39,295 bases of DNA from Euzebyaceae bacterium (lineage in GTDB: Bacteria; Actinomycetota; Nitriliruptoria; Euzebyales; Egibacteraceae), in NCBI GenBank assembly GCA_013696915.1, contig JACCXR010000411.1, positions 1 through 39,295 on the forward strand. The letters run 5' to 3'. Shown piece by piece: positions 25,820 to 34,762 of this stretch; position 1 is the first letter of the stretch, and the number at the start of each line of letters is the position of its first letter. Below the pieces are notes generated by a model that ran no database searches, was not told the DNA's origin, and was given only the letters and a program-made list of their open reading frames with translations. Made by a program: the position numbers and the translations under genes.

Positions 25820-25845
25820 ATTCTGTTGTGCAGGTTTCGTTTCTA
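25820..25845 (-). promoter_or_regulatory. Degenerate bipartite element on the minus strand: TAGAAA-cga-AACCT-N6-CAGAAT
   Basis: Reverse complement of 25820-25845. The TAGAAw-to-CAGAA offset of 20 nt is the same as at 15234 and 25985. It lies ~40-65 nt upstream of the system-1 SBP start. Confidence 0.4.
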
Positions 25846-25984
25846 GAGCGGTCACTCTGGCCGGCGCATTCACGCCTGTCAAGGTCCCCGGCCGACACGC
25901 TCTTCGGCGTCGGCCGCCGTACCGTGTCATGCCGCCGCATCCCCGACGCAAGGCCCTTGCAGTCGCCGTGCCTCGTCAGTAGGC

Positions 25985-26009
25985 TAGAATCTGTTTCTGC
26001 GCCACAGAA
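25985..26009 (+). promoter_or_regulatory. Bipartite operator/-10 element TAGAAT-ctg-TTTCT-N6-CAGAA
   Basis: Read directly. Core AGAATctgTTTCT lies at 25986-25998. TTCTG-cgcca-CAGAA (25995-26009) is itself a 5-5-5 palindrome. It is ~80-100 nt upstream of the system-2 SBP start. Confidence 0.5.
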
Positions 26010-26087
26010 GCGTTCGCTTTGCACGAACCGTGGTTCCCGGTAGCGCTGGGAACTCCCCCCGGACACCAGGTAGCCCAGGAGAGTGAC

Positions 26088-27791
26088 ATGAGCCATGAGG
26101 TGGAGTCCCAGCGCATCTCCCGACAGGCACCGCGGGACGCCATGACGCGTCGGCGGCTGCGGCATGTGGCCACGACTGGCGTCGCCATCGTGCTGGCGTG
26201 GGCCCTCGCGGCCTGCGGGGCGAGCGGTCCCACCGGCAGCACCGGCGCTGGCAGTACGCCGGACAGCTCGAACGAGGCCGGCGCCGGCGACGGGGCCGCA
26301 CAGGACACCGAGGAGCTGACGTGGCGCGTCAGCGCGCTGGTGCACCTGGACTCCGCCAGGGCGCTCGACAACGGGTCGAAGTCGGTGCAGGCCATCACCA
26401 CGGAGAGCCTGGTCACCCTCGACGAGAACCTCGACATCATCCCGTGGCTGGCCGAGTCCTGGGAGCAGGCCGACCCGCTGACGTACACCTACACGCTGCG
26501 GCCCGGCGTCACGTTCTGGGACGGCAGCCCGCTCACCGTCGAGGACGTCGTCTACTCGATCGAGCGGCACAACGACCCGGACGTCGCCTCCATCGTCAGC
26601 GCGTTCCAGGACGTGGAGTCGGTGGAGGCGACGGCGGAGAACGAGGTCACCATCACCCTGACCCGTCCCCTGGCCCAGTTCGCAAGCGTGATGGCCTACG
26701 CGCCGATCGTGAGTCAGGCGGTCGCCGAGGAGCTCGGTGAGCAGTTCGGGGGACCCGGCGAGGACACCCTCATGGGGACCGGTCCCTACATGGTCACCGA
26801 CTTCCAGGCGGACACGTCCGTCGACCTCGCCCGCTACGAGGACTACTGGGGTGAGCTGCCGGCCTGGGAGCAGGTCTCCGTCGTGCTGATCAGCGACTCG
26901 CAGGCCACCCAGCTCGCGATGCGCGCCGGTGAGATCGACGGAGCGTTCTCCGTGGTGCCTTCGGAGGTCGACGACTGGCGCCAGATCGAGGGCGCCGAGG
27001 TGGAGGTCGGTGCCGCGCTGAGCCCCGCGTTCTTCGCCTGGGACCTCCGTGTCGAACCGTGGAACGACGTCCACGTCCGTCGGGCCATCGCCCACGCGCT
27101 GCCGCAGGAGCAGATCGTCGAGACCTTGCTGCCGGGCGCCGCGGAGCCGGCGACGTCGCTCGTCCCGAAGGAACAGTGGGCAGGCATCGACGTCCCGCAG
27201 GAGCGCGTCGACGAGATCTACGGCTCCCTGCCGACCTACGAGTACGACCTCGACATGGCCCGCGCCGAGCTGGAGCAGTCGGCCTTCCCCGACGGCTTCT
27301 CGGAGACCGTCGAGTTCGCCGACGCCAAGCCGCAGCTCGGCCGGGTGTCCGAGGCACTCGCGGAGAGCCTGTCGCAGATCGGCATCGACCTCGAGGTCCA
27401 GGAGGTCCCGCTGTCCCAGGAGATCGCCGCCGTGACCGGGCACGAGGGGGGATTCCGCGCCCTCAGCTTCGAAGGCAGCACCGTCGACCCGTCCGACTTC
27501 CCGTCGTTCATGCTGCCCAGTGACTTCGCCCGGCCGGGTGGCTTCAACGTGCCGCACTACCTCAACCCCCGCGTCGATGAGCTCATCGACGTGCAAGCTG
27601 AGACCCTGGATCCCGGGGAACGCAGCGAGCAGCTCGCCGAGATGATGCAGATCATCGCCGAGGACCTGCCGTACCTGCCGATCTGGTGGGAGGCCGACGT
27701 CGTCGCGTTCCGGGAGAGCCTGTCCATGGACAGCTTCCACCCCCTGTACTGGCAGCAGGGCATCTGGCCGGCGAGGGTCAGCCCGGAATAG
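26088..27791 (+). CDS. Family-5 (peptide/nickel) ABC substrate-binding lipoprotein, system 2
   Basis: ATG 26088 has AGGAGA 5 nt upstream. Lipobox ...VAIVLAWALAACGASG followed by a low-complexity linker. Body: ...IIPWLAESWEQADPLTYTYTLRPGVTFWDGSPLTVEDVVYSIER... Confidence 0.9.
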   Translation: MSHEVESQRISRQAPRDAMTRRRLRHVATTGVAIVLAWALAACGASGPTGSTGAGSTPDSSNEAGAGDGAAQDTEELTWRVSALVHLDSARALDNGSKSVQAITTESLVTLDENLDIIPWLAESWEQADPLTYTYTLRPGVTFWDGSPLTVEDVVYSIERHNDPDVASIVSAFQDVESVEATAENEVTITLTRPLAQFASVMAYAPIVSQAVAEELGEQFGGPGEDTLMGTGPYMVTDFQADTSVDLARYEDYWGELPAWEQVSVVLISDSQATQLAMRAGEIDGAFSVVPSEVDDWRQIEGAEVEVGAALSPAFFAWDLRVEPWNDVHVRRAIAHALPQEQIVETLLPGAAEPATSLVPKEQWAGIDVPQERVDEIYGSLPTYEYDLDMARAELEQSAFPDGFSETVEFADAKPQLGRVSEALAESLSQIGIDLEVQEVPLSQEIAAVTGHEGGFRALSFEGSTVDPSDFPSFMLPSDFARPGGFNVPHYLNPRVDELIDVQAETLDPGERSEQLAEMMQIIAEDLPYLPIWWEADVVAFRESLSMDSFHPLYWQQGIWPARVSPE

Positions 27792-27841
27792 GGGGGTCGT
27801 TCGAGACACCGGAGCGGTAACAGGCGGAGGGGGCGGACGCC

Positions 27842-28810
27842 ATGCCGAACGCTCAGTGGCGGGCCTTCCTGGGGAAGAGGGTCCTCGCCCTCGTCGTGCT
27901 GCTCCTGGTCATCTCCATCGGCGTCTTCTCGCTCATCCACGCCGCACCGGGGAGCGCTGAGCAGATGCTGCTGAGCGGCCGGCGACCACCGAGCCCCGAA
28001 CGCGTCGCGGCGATCCAGGAGCGGTACCGCCTCAACGAGTCGTTCCTCAACCAGTACGGTCACTGGGTCACCCGTGCCGTCCGGTTCGACTTCGGCCAGT
28101 CGATCCGGACCGGCGAGGACGTGGCCCTCGCGTTGCGGGAGCGCGCTGCATTGACGGTGTTCCTCGGGAGCTACGCGTTCGCCCTGATCATGGCGTTCGG
28201 GGTCCCGCTCGGCGTCCTGGCGGCGGTCAAAAGAGGCCGCGGGATCGACCGCGCGACGATCGCGCTCAGCGTCGTCGGCGTCAGCGCTCCTGCCTTCGTG
28301 ACGGGGATCTTCCTGCTCTATGTCTTCGCCGTCATCCTGGGCTGGTTCCCCGCGTTCGGCGCGGGGGAGGGGTTCTTCGACCAGCTCCGGCATCTGGCGC
28401 TGCCAGCCGTGGCGCTCGCGCTGACCGGGCTGGCGCCGATCATCCGGTACACGCGCACGGGGATGCTCGAGGCGTTGGACCAGGACTACATCGTCTTCGC
28501 CTCCGCACGCGGGCTCGCTCGTCGGAAGGTGCTGTTCGCCTACGGCCTGCGCAACGCGCTGATCCCGGTCGTCACGGCCGGCGGCCTTATCCTGGGCGTC
28601 ATGCTGACCGGGGCGGTGCTCGTCGAGGTGACGTTCTCCCTGCCGGGACTCGGCGCGCTCCTCATCGAGTCGGTCAACTTCCAGGACGTCCCGGTGGTGC
28701 AGGCGCTCGCGATGCTGACGGCCGCCATGGTCATCACCGTGAACCTGCTGACCGACATCCTCTACCTGTTCATCGATCCCCGGATCCGCTTCGGAAAGGC
28801 GGCCTCGTGA
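27842..28810 (+). CDS. ABC importer permease (DppB/OppB-type), system 2
   Basis: ATG 27842 with a GGAGGGGG RBS. It is clearly paralogous to 21213..22178 (...ISIGVFSLIHAAPGSAEQ..., ...FASARGLARRKVLFAYGLRNALIPV...). Confidence 0.9.
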   Translation: MPNAQWRAFLGKRVLALVVLLLVISIGVFSLIHAAPGSAEQMLLSGRRPPSPERVAAIQERYRLNESFLNQYGHWVTRAVRFDFGQSIRTGEDVALALRERAALTVFLGSYAFALIMAFGVPLGVLAAVKRGRGIDRATIALSVVGVSAPAFVTGIFLLYVFAVILGWFPAFGAGEGFFDQLRHLALPAVALALTGLAPIIRYTRTGMLEALDQDYIVFASARGLARRKVLFAYGLRNALIPVVTAGGLILGVMLTGAVLVEVTFSLPGLGALLIESVNFQDVPVVQALAMLTAAMVITVNLLTDILYLFIDPRIRFGKAAS

Positions 28811-29664
28811 GCGAGGCCGCCGCCCCCCTGGGGCTCGCCGAGGAGCGGATCGGCAGCGGCCCGGGGCTGCTGATCGGGTTGTGCTGGGGGATCGTCATCG
28901 GCGTCATGGTCCTCGCCGCCTTCGGCGAGTGGATCGCGCCCAACCCCAGCGCGCAGGACCTCGCCACGGGGGTGGCCGGCCCCAGCGCGGCGCACTGGCT
29001 CGGCACCGACGACCTCGGCCGCGACGTGCTTGCGCGCCTCATCGTGGGCGCCCGGACCGCCGTCTTGGGACCGGTCTTGATCACGCTCGGGTCTGCGCTC
29101 ATCGGCACCCTGCTGGGGCTCCTGGCCGGGTACGTCGGCGGGCTGTCCGACAGCGTCATCCTGCGCTGGGCCGACCTCATGTTCGCGCTTCCGGGACAGC
29201 TGGTCGCCATCGTGGTCGTCGGCGTCCTCGGTGGCGGCTACTTCCTGGCCGTCGCCATCCTGATCGTCCTGAGCTCGCCGTACGACACGCGCCTGATCCG
29301 CGCCGCCACGCTCGAGCAGCGGCCCCGGGCGTACATCGAGGCCGCCCGGGTGCTCGGACTGCCAGGGCGCCGGGTCGCCATGGCCCACCTCCTGCCCAAC
29401 CTGGTCCCGCTCATCATCGCCAGCGTGTTCCTCGGCTTCGCCTACGCGCTGCTGGCGCTGGCTGCGCTCTCGTTCCTCGGTCTGGGGGTGGGAGCCGGCA
29501 CCCCCGACTGGGGGAGGATGCTCGCCGAGGGCCGGACCCTGCTGTTCAAAAACCCCGCGGCGGCCCTAGCCCCGGGGGCCATGCTGATCCTCACGGCGGC
29601 GAGCATGAACCTCGTCGGTGACTGGCTGGCGGAGCGGCTCTCCGACCGGGGGCGGGCGCGGTGA
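28807..29664 (+). CDS. ABC importer permease (DppC/OppC-type), system 2
   Basis: GTG 28807 overlaps the upstream stop (GTGA). It is paralogous to 20353..21216; 33 of the last 40 residues are identical by eye. Confidence 0.88.
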   Translation: MSEAAAPLGLAEERIGSGPGLLIGLCWGIVIGVMVLAAFGEWIAPNPSAQDLATGVAGPSAAHWLGTDDLGRDVLARLIVGARTAVLGPVLITLGSALIGTLLGLLAGYVGGLSDSVILRWADLMFALPGQLVAIVVVGVLGGGYFLAVAILIVLSSPYDTRLIRAATLEQRPRAYIEAARVLGLPGRRVAMAHLLPNLVPLIIASVFLGFAYALLALAALSFLGLGVGAGTPDWGRMLAEGRTLLFKNPAAALAPGAMLILTAASMNLVGDWLAERLSDRGRAR

Positions 29665-31595
29665 GGCCGGCGGACCATTTCGAACAGCACGCGTACGCGA
29701 CGATGCAGGCGCAAGGGACCCACCTGCTCGAGGTCCGCGACCTGCGGATCACGAGTCGGGTCGGTGGACGCCATCGGACCATCGTCTCGGGAATCGGTCT
29801 CACGGTCTCCGCCGGTGAGACCGTCGGCATCGTCGGGGAGTCCGGCAGCGGCAAGTCGATGACCGCGCGGGCCCTCCTCGGACTGCTGCCCGCCGGCCTC
29901 ATGGCCCACGGAACCGTGACGTACGAGGGGCGCGATCTTTTGGCCATGCCGGAACGGGCACTGCGCCGCATCCGCGGCTCCGACATCGCCTTGATCCTCC
30001 AGGACCCCTACACGATGCTGAGCCCGCTGCGGCGCTGCGGCAAGCACCTCGAAGAGACGCTCCAGCTCCGCGATGACGGACCGCGGCTGCGTCGTCGATC
30101 GTACCGCGACGAGGCGGTCCGCCGGCTGGCCGAGGTGGGCATCACCGACCCCGGCGTGGCGGACGTCTACCCGTTCCAGCTGTCCGGAGGGATGCGCCAG
30201 CGGGTGGGGATCGCGGCGGCCATCGCCCGTGATCCCAAGATCCTCGTCGCGGACGAACCCACCACCGCCCTCGACATGACCACGCAGAAGGAGAGCCTTG
30301 GCGTTCTCAAGTCGCTCCAGGAGAGCCGCCGCATGGGGCTCATCCTGATCACCCACGACCTGCGGGTCGCCTTCGCGATGTGCGACCGGGTGTACGTGCT
30401 GTACGCCGGGTCGGTCGTGGAGGTCGCGGCCGCACCCGTCGTGGAGGCGGAACCGCTGCACCCGTACACGCTCGGCCTGCTCCTCTCCGAGCCGCCGAGC
30501 GACCGGCGCGTCTCGACGCTCGAGGCGATCGCAGGCAGCGTCCCGGAACCCGACGAGGTGGCGACCTGCTGTCCCTTCGCGCCGCGATGCGCGTGGGTCC
30601 GCGACGACCCGTGCCGGGTCGGGAAGCCCGCGCTTGCGGAGTTCGCGCCGTCACGGCACACCGCGTGCGTGCGCATCGCGGACATCCGCCACGAGATGTC
30701 CGCGCTGCGCAGCTCCGCCGAGCACCCGGTACCCAGCGCGACGGTCGCCGCGCGGAGCCGAACCCTCGTGCGGGTCGAGGGGCTCGACAAGGTCTTCACC
30801 GCGGGCTCCGGTCGAAAGGCGGGCCGGACGGTGCAGGCGCTGGTCGGCGCGTCGCTCGAGGTCGGCGACGGCGAGAGCGTCGGACTCGTGGGCGAATCGG
30901 GATCCGGGAAGACGACGCTGGGCCGTTGCCTGGTGGGCCTGGAGACGCCCTCCGCCGGTGAGATCACCATCGACGGCGTGGACGGGTCGGACTACAGCGC
31001 CCTGGACCGCAACGCGCGCAACCACCTGCGCCGGACCGTCCAGATGATCTTCCAGGACCCGTACCAGTCGCTCAACCCCGCCCGCACCGTGGACTTCGCG
31101 ATCACGGAGGCGCTGCGCGCCCGCCGCGAGCGCGCCGACCCGCAAGAGGACCTCGACGCGCTCACCGGCGAGCTCCTCGGGCGCGTCGGCCTGCCCGCGG
31201 ACTACCGCGCTCGACGACCAATCGCCCTGTCGGGCGGCGAGCGCCAGCGGGTGGCGATCGCCCGTGCCCTCGCGCTGGAGCCCCGCCTGCTCGTCTGCGA
31301 CGAGCCGGTGTCGGCGTTGGACGTCTCCGTCCAGGCACAGGTCCTCAACCTGCTCAACCGGTTGCGGGAGGACCTCGGCATCGCCTACCTGTTCATCTCC
31401 CACGACCTCGCCGTGGTCCGCCAGGTCGTCGACCGGGTCTATGTGCTCTACCGCGGCCAGGTGGTCGAGTCAGGCCCGGTCGGCGACGTCCTCGACTCCC
31501 CGAAGCACCCGTACACCGCCCGCCTGGTCGCCTCGCTCCCCAGGCCGGACACGGACTGGCTCGAGTCGTCGTCCACGGCCAAGCGCCCGGCCTGA
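29661..31595 (+). CDS. Fused double-ATPase of the Dpp/Opp-type ABC importer, system 2
   Basis: GTG 29661 overlaps the upstream stop (GTGA); the alternative is ATG 29703 (MQAQGTHLLEVRDL). Two Walker A motifs (GIVGESGSGKSM, GLVGESGSGKTT) and two LSGG signature motifs. Confidence 0.9.
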   Translation: MRPADHFEQHAYATMQAQGTHLLEVRDLRITSRVGGRHRTIVSGIGLTVSAGETVGIVGESGSGKSMTARALLGLLPAGLMAHGTVTYEGRDLLAMPERALRRIRGSDIALILQDPYTMLSPLRRCGKHLEETLQLRDDGPRLRRRSYRDEAVRRLAEVGITDPGVADVYPFQLSGGMRQRVGIAAAIARDPKILVADEPTTALDMTTQKESLGVLKSLQESRRMGLILITHDLRVAFAMCDRVYVLYAGSVVEVAAAPVVEAEPLHPYTLGLLLSEPPSDRRVSTLEAIAGSVPEPDEVATCCPFAPRCAWVRDDPCRVGKPALAEFAPSRHTACVRIADIRHEMSALRSSAEHPVPSATVAARSRTLVRVEGLDKVFTAGSGRKAGRTVQALVGASLEVGDGESVGLVGESGSGKTTLGRCLVGLETPSAGEITIDGVDGSDYSALDRNARNHLRRTVQMIFQDPYQSLNPARTVDFAITEALRARRERADPQEDLDALTGELLGRVGLPADYRARRPIALSGGERQRVAIARALALEPRLLVCDEPVSALDVSVQAQVLNLLNRLREDLGIAYLFISHDLAVVRQVVDRVYVLYRGQVVESGPVGDVLDSPKHPYTARLVASLPRPDTDWLESSSTAKRPA

Positions 31596-31600
31596 GTCGG

Positions 31601-33061
31601 TCAGCTCGCAGGCGGCGCGGGAACCGCCCCGTCGACGACCGACGGACGACGCGCGGCCCACGGGCGGGCGACCTCGAAGGCGCGGGCCGCGCGCACCACG
31701 GTGGCGTCCTCACGCCACCGGCCGACGACGTGGAGGCCGACCGGGAGACCGTCGGCGGTGAACCCGCACGGCACGGACGCCGCCGGCTGGCCGGTGAGGT
31801 TGAACGGGTACGTGAAGCGGGGCCAGCACAGCGCGTCCGTCGGGTTCCCCGGAAGCTGTGGCGGATAGTCGGCGCCGGCCGGGAACGGCGTCACCGGAAG
31901 GGTCGGCGTGAGGAGGAGCTGGTACGTCTCCATGAGCCTGCGCATGCGCACGTACAGCTCCGCGCGGCCGGCGTTCGCTCTCGCGACGTCCACACCGCTG
32001 AAGGTCCAGCCCGTCTCGATGTGGCGAAGCCGGCCCGGGTCCAGCAGGTCACGGACCTCCGCGAACCGCTCCAAGGTCCCGTACTCACCGGCCTCGGCGG
32101 TGGCGGACATCACCTCGAACAGGCCACACGGGTCGTCGAACGGCGCGTCGATCTCATCGACGTCACACCCAAGGTCGGAGAACACCGCCACGGCTCGCGC
32201 GACGATGTCCGCGACCTCGCGGTCGACCGAGGCGCAGCCGAGGTCGGGACTCCACGCCACCCGCACACCGCGGACACCTCGGTCGATCCCGTCCACGTAC
32301 GACTCCCCCGGCGAGGCCCAGGAGTCCGGGTCGCGCACGTCCCGTCCGGCGATGACGCCGAGCAGCAGCGCGGCATCCCAGACCGTTCGTGCGATCGGTC
32401 CCATCTGGCTCACCCGCTCCATGCTGGGCTCGCCTGCGGGCACGGTGCCGTAGGTCGGCTTGAGCCCGAAGACGCCGCAGAACGACGACGGGATGCGGAT
32501 CGACCCTGCACCGTCGCTGCCCTGCGCGATGGGACCCATCCCGGCCGCCACCGCCGCCGCCGCCCCACCACTGGACCCGCCGGTCGTGAGCCCGTGGCGC
32601 CAGGGGTTGTGTGACGAGCCGACGATGCGGTTGGTGGTGTCGCCCTTCCAGCCGTACTCGGGCACGTTGGTCTTGCCCAGGATCACGGCACCGGAGGCGT
32701 AGATGCGCTGGACGACGACCGGGTCGGCGTCGGGGACCCAGTCCCTTGTGAGCAGGGAGCCGTTCGTCGTGCGGATGCCCTTCGTCGGCGTCAGGTCCTT
32801 CAGCGAGAGGGGCACTCCCAGCAGTGGCAATCCCGCGCCCTCGCCTGCGCCCAGGGCGCGCTCCGCACGCCGGGCCCGGTCCCGCGCGAGCTCGGCGGTG
32901 ACGGTGACGTAGGCGTTGAGCGTCGGGTTCACCGCCTCGACGTGTGCGAGGGTCGCCTCGACGACCTCGGTGGGCGAGAGCTCCCGTGCCCGGTACAGAC
33001 GCCCGAGCTCGATCGCGGACAGGAACACGATCTGCTCGCGGCCGTTCTTCTGATCGGTCAT
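31601..33061 (-). CDS. Amidase-signature (AS) family amidase
   Basis: ATG 33061 has GGAGG 8 nt upstream. AS signature: ...GGSSGGAAAAVAAGMGPIAQGSDGAGSIRIPSSFCGVFGLKPTYG... Confidence 0.9.
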   Translation of the reverse strand: MTDQKNGREQIVFLSAIELGRLYRARELSPTEVVEATLAHVEAVNPTLNAYVTVTAELARDRARRAERALGAGEGAGLPLLGVPLSLKDLTPTKGIRTTNGSLLTRDWVPDADPVVVQRIYASGAVILGKTNVPEYGWKGDTTNRIVGSSHNPWRHGLTTGGSSGGAAAAVAAGMGPIAQGSDGAGSIRIPSSFCGVFGLKPTYGTVPAGEPSMERVSQMGPIARTVWDAALLLGVIAGRDVRDPDSWASPGESYVDGIDRGVRGVRVAWSPDLGCASVDREVADIVARAVAVFSDLGCDVDEIDAPFDDPCGLFEVMSATAEAGEYGTLERFAEVRDLLDPGRLRHIETGWTFSGVDVARANAGRAELYVRMRRLMETYQLLLTPTLPVTPFPAGADYPPQLPGNPTDALCWPRFTYPFNLTGQPAASVPCGFTADGLPVGLHVVGRWREDATVVRAARAFEVARPWAARRPSVVDGAVPAPPAS

Positions 33062-33120
33062 GCGTCCAACCTCCGCTGTGGCTCCGACCGAGCAGGTCCG
33101 CCCGTCGGTTGCCTCGTGTG

Positions 33121-34746
33121 CTAGTCGCCGATCGCATAGCCGTCACCACGGGGGTCGGCGCCCCCCATCCGCACGCCCGAGTCCTGGTCGACGGCGATGC
33201 CGTGCGCATGCCCCATCTGGAACGCCCAGTCGGGGACCACCGTGACCTCGTGACCGGCGCGCTCGAGCGCCTCGACCGTGGCAACGGGGAACCTGGGTTC
33301 GATCTGGAGGACGGCCGACGGGCGGCGCGAGAGATCTCCCAGCAGCCAGCGGGGCGCCTCGATCGCGGTCTGGATGTCGAGGCCGTCGTCGATGACGTTC
33401 GTGATGACCTGCAGGTGTGTCTGGGGCTGGCCGATGCCGCCCATGGCTCCGAAGACCAGCACCGGTCGGCCGCCACGAAGCACGATCGTCGCCATCAGCG
33501 TGTGCAGTGGGCGCTTGCCCGGCTCCACGGCGTTGGGATGGCTGCCGTCGAGGGAGAACGCGGCTCCCCGGTTCTGCAGGATCACCCCGGTGCCAGGTGG
33601 CATCACCGCGGCGCCGAAGGGGGCGGACAGGCTCTGGATGGCGGAGACCACGTTGCCCTTTGCGTCGGCGACGGCGAACGCCGTGGTGTCGCTGGCCGGC
33701 TCCGCCGCCGGACCCGGCAGGGCTCGCCCGGGTCGGATGCGCGCCCGCAGCATCGCGGCGTACTCGCTCGACAACAGGTCGTCCCACGCGACGTCGACGA
33801 ACGCCGGATCGCTGATCTGTTCGCGGGCTCGCCAGGCGAGCTTGAGCGCCTCGACCGAGTAGTGGATGCGCTCGAAGCCGTGCCGGTCCCACTCGCCGAG
33901 GGGATACGGCTCCAGGACGTTGAGGGCGACCAGTGTCGCCAGTCCCTGGGTGTTGCCTCCGGTCGTGACGACCTTCGTGTCCCGGTACGGCGTCGAGATC
34001 GGGGCGTCCCACTCGGACTGGTGCTCCTCGAGGTCGCGTCGATCGAGCAAGCCCTCCGCCGCTCGCAGCCCGGTGCAGAGCCGGTCGGCGAGCGGGCCGT
34101 CGTAGAAGGCACGGCCTCCCTGGGAAGCGATCGTCTCCAGCGACTCGGCCAGCGCGGGTTGGCGCAGGACGGAGGCCGGCCTCGGCGCTCCCCCGCCGGC
34201 CAGGAACGTCGCCTGCAGCTCGCCGCCGTCGGCGAGCACATCGCGTTGCCGCGCGATCCAGGCGCTGAGCTGGTGCGTCACCGGAAAGCCTTCACGCGCG
34301 GCTTCGACCGCCCGGTCGAACAAGTCCGCCCACGGCAGTCGTCCATACCGTTCCCATGCCTTCACCCAGCCGTCGACGCAACCCGGCACCGTGACGGACA
34401 GCCCCCCGCGAAACGGCATCGCATCGTGGCCGCGCCGTCGCAACGCGTCCCGGTCGGTCCGCCGAGACGCCCGACCGCTGGCGTTGAGGAAGTCGATCCT
34501 CTTCGACCCGGCGTCATAGACCAGGCAGAAGAAGTCGCCGCCGATCCCGCACATGTGCGGTTGCACGACCGCCAGGACAGCATTCGTCGCGATGGCGGCG
34601 TCGACCGCATGCCCGCCACGGCGGAGCGCATCCAATCCGGCGAGCGCCGCGGACGGGTGAGCGGCGGCGGCGAGGCCGTGGCGGGCCATGATCACGGGAC
34701 GGTGGGAACCGGGCCCGCGTCGTGTGGCGCCCCGGTCGCCGGTCAT
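33121..34746 (-). CDS. Gamma-glutamyltransferase-family protein
   Basis: ATG 34746 lies 16 nt after the upstream stop; the alternative is ATG 34689. Motifs: ...HPSAALAGLDALRRGGHAVDAAIATNAVLAVVQPHMCGIGGDFF..., ...DTTAFAVADAKGNVVSAIQSL... (Thr nucleophile context), ...FGAMGGIGQPQ.... No signal peptide is evident. Confidence 0.85.
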   Translation of the reverse strand: MTGDRGATRRGPGSHRPVIMARHGLAAAAHPSAALAGLDALRRGGHAVDAAIATNAVLAVVQPHMCGIGGDFFCLVYDAGSKRIDFLNASGRASRRTDRDALRRRGHDAMPFRGGLSVTVPGCVDGWVKAWERYGRLPWADLFDRAVEAAREGFPVTHQLSAWIARQRDVLADGGELQATFLAGGGAPRPASVLRQPALAESLETIASQGGRAFYDGPLADRLCTGLRAAEGLLDRRDLEEHQSEWDAPISTPYRDTKVVTTGGNTQGLATLVALNVLEPYPLGEWDRHGFERIHYSVEALKLAWRAREQISDPAFVDVAWDDLLSSEYAAMLRARIRPGRALPGPAAEPASDTTAFAVADAKGNVVSAIQSLSAPFGAAVMPPGTGVILQNRGAAFSLDGSHPNAVEPGKRPLHTLMATIVLRGGRPVLVFGAMGGIGQPQTHLQVITNVIDDGLDIQTAIEAPRWLLGDLSRRPSAVLQIEPRFPVATVEALERAGHEVTVVPDWAFQMGHAHGIAVDQDSGVRMGGADPRGDGYAIGD

Positions 34747-34762
34747 CCCTGTCGCAACCTCG

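Noticed and set aside
25889-25916. Hairpin CGGCCGAC-N12-GTCGGCCG, plus small stems in the 26010-26055 leader of the system-2 SBP gene, considered as possible riboswitch or attenuator structures.
   Set aside because: The stems are short and GC-rich, of a kind common by chance here. There is no recognisable riboswitch core, no leader peptide and no U-tract.
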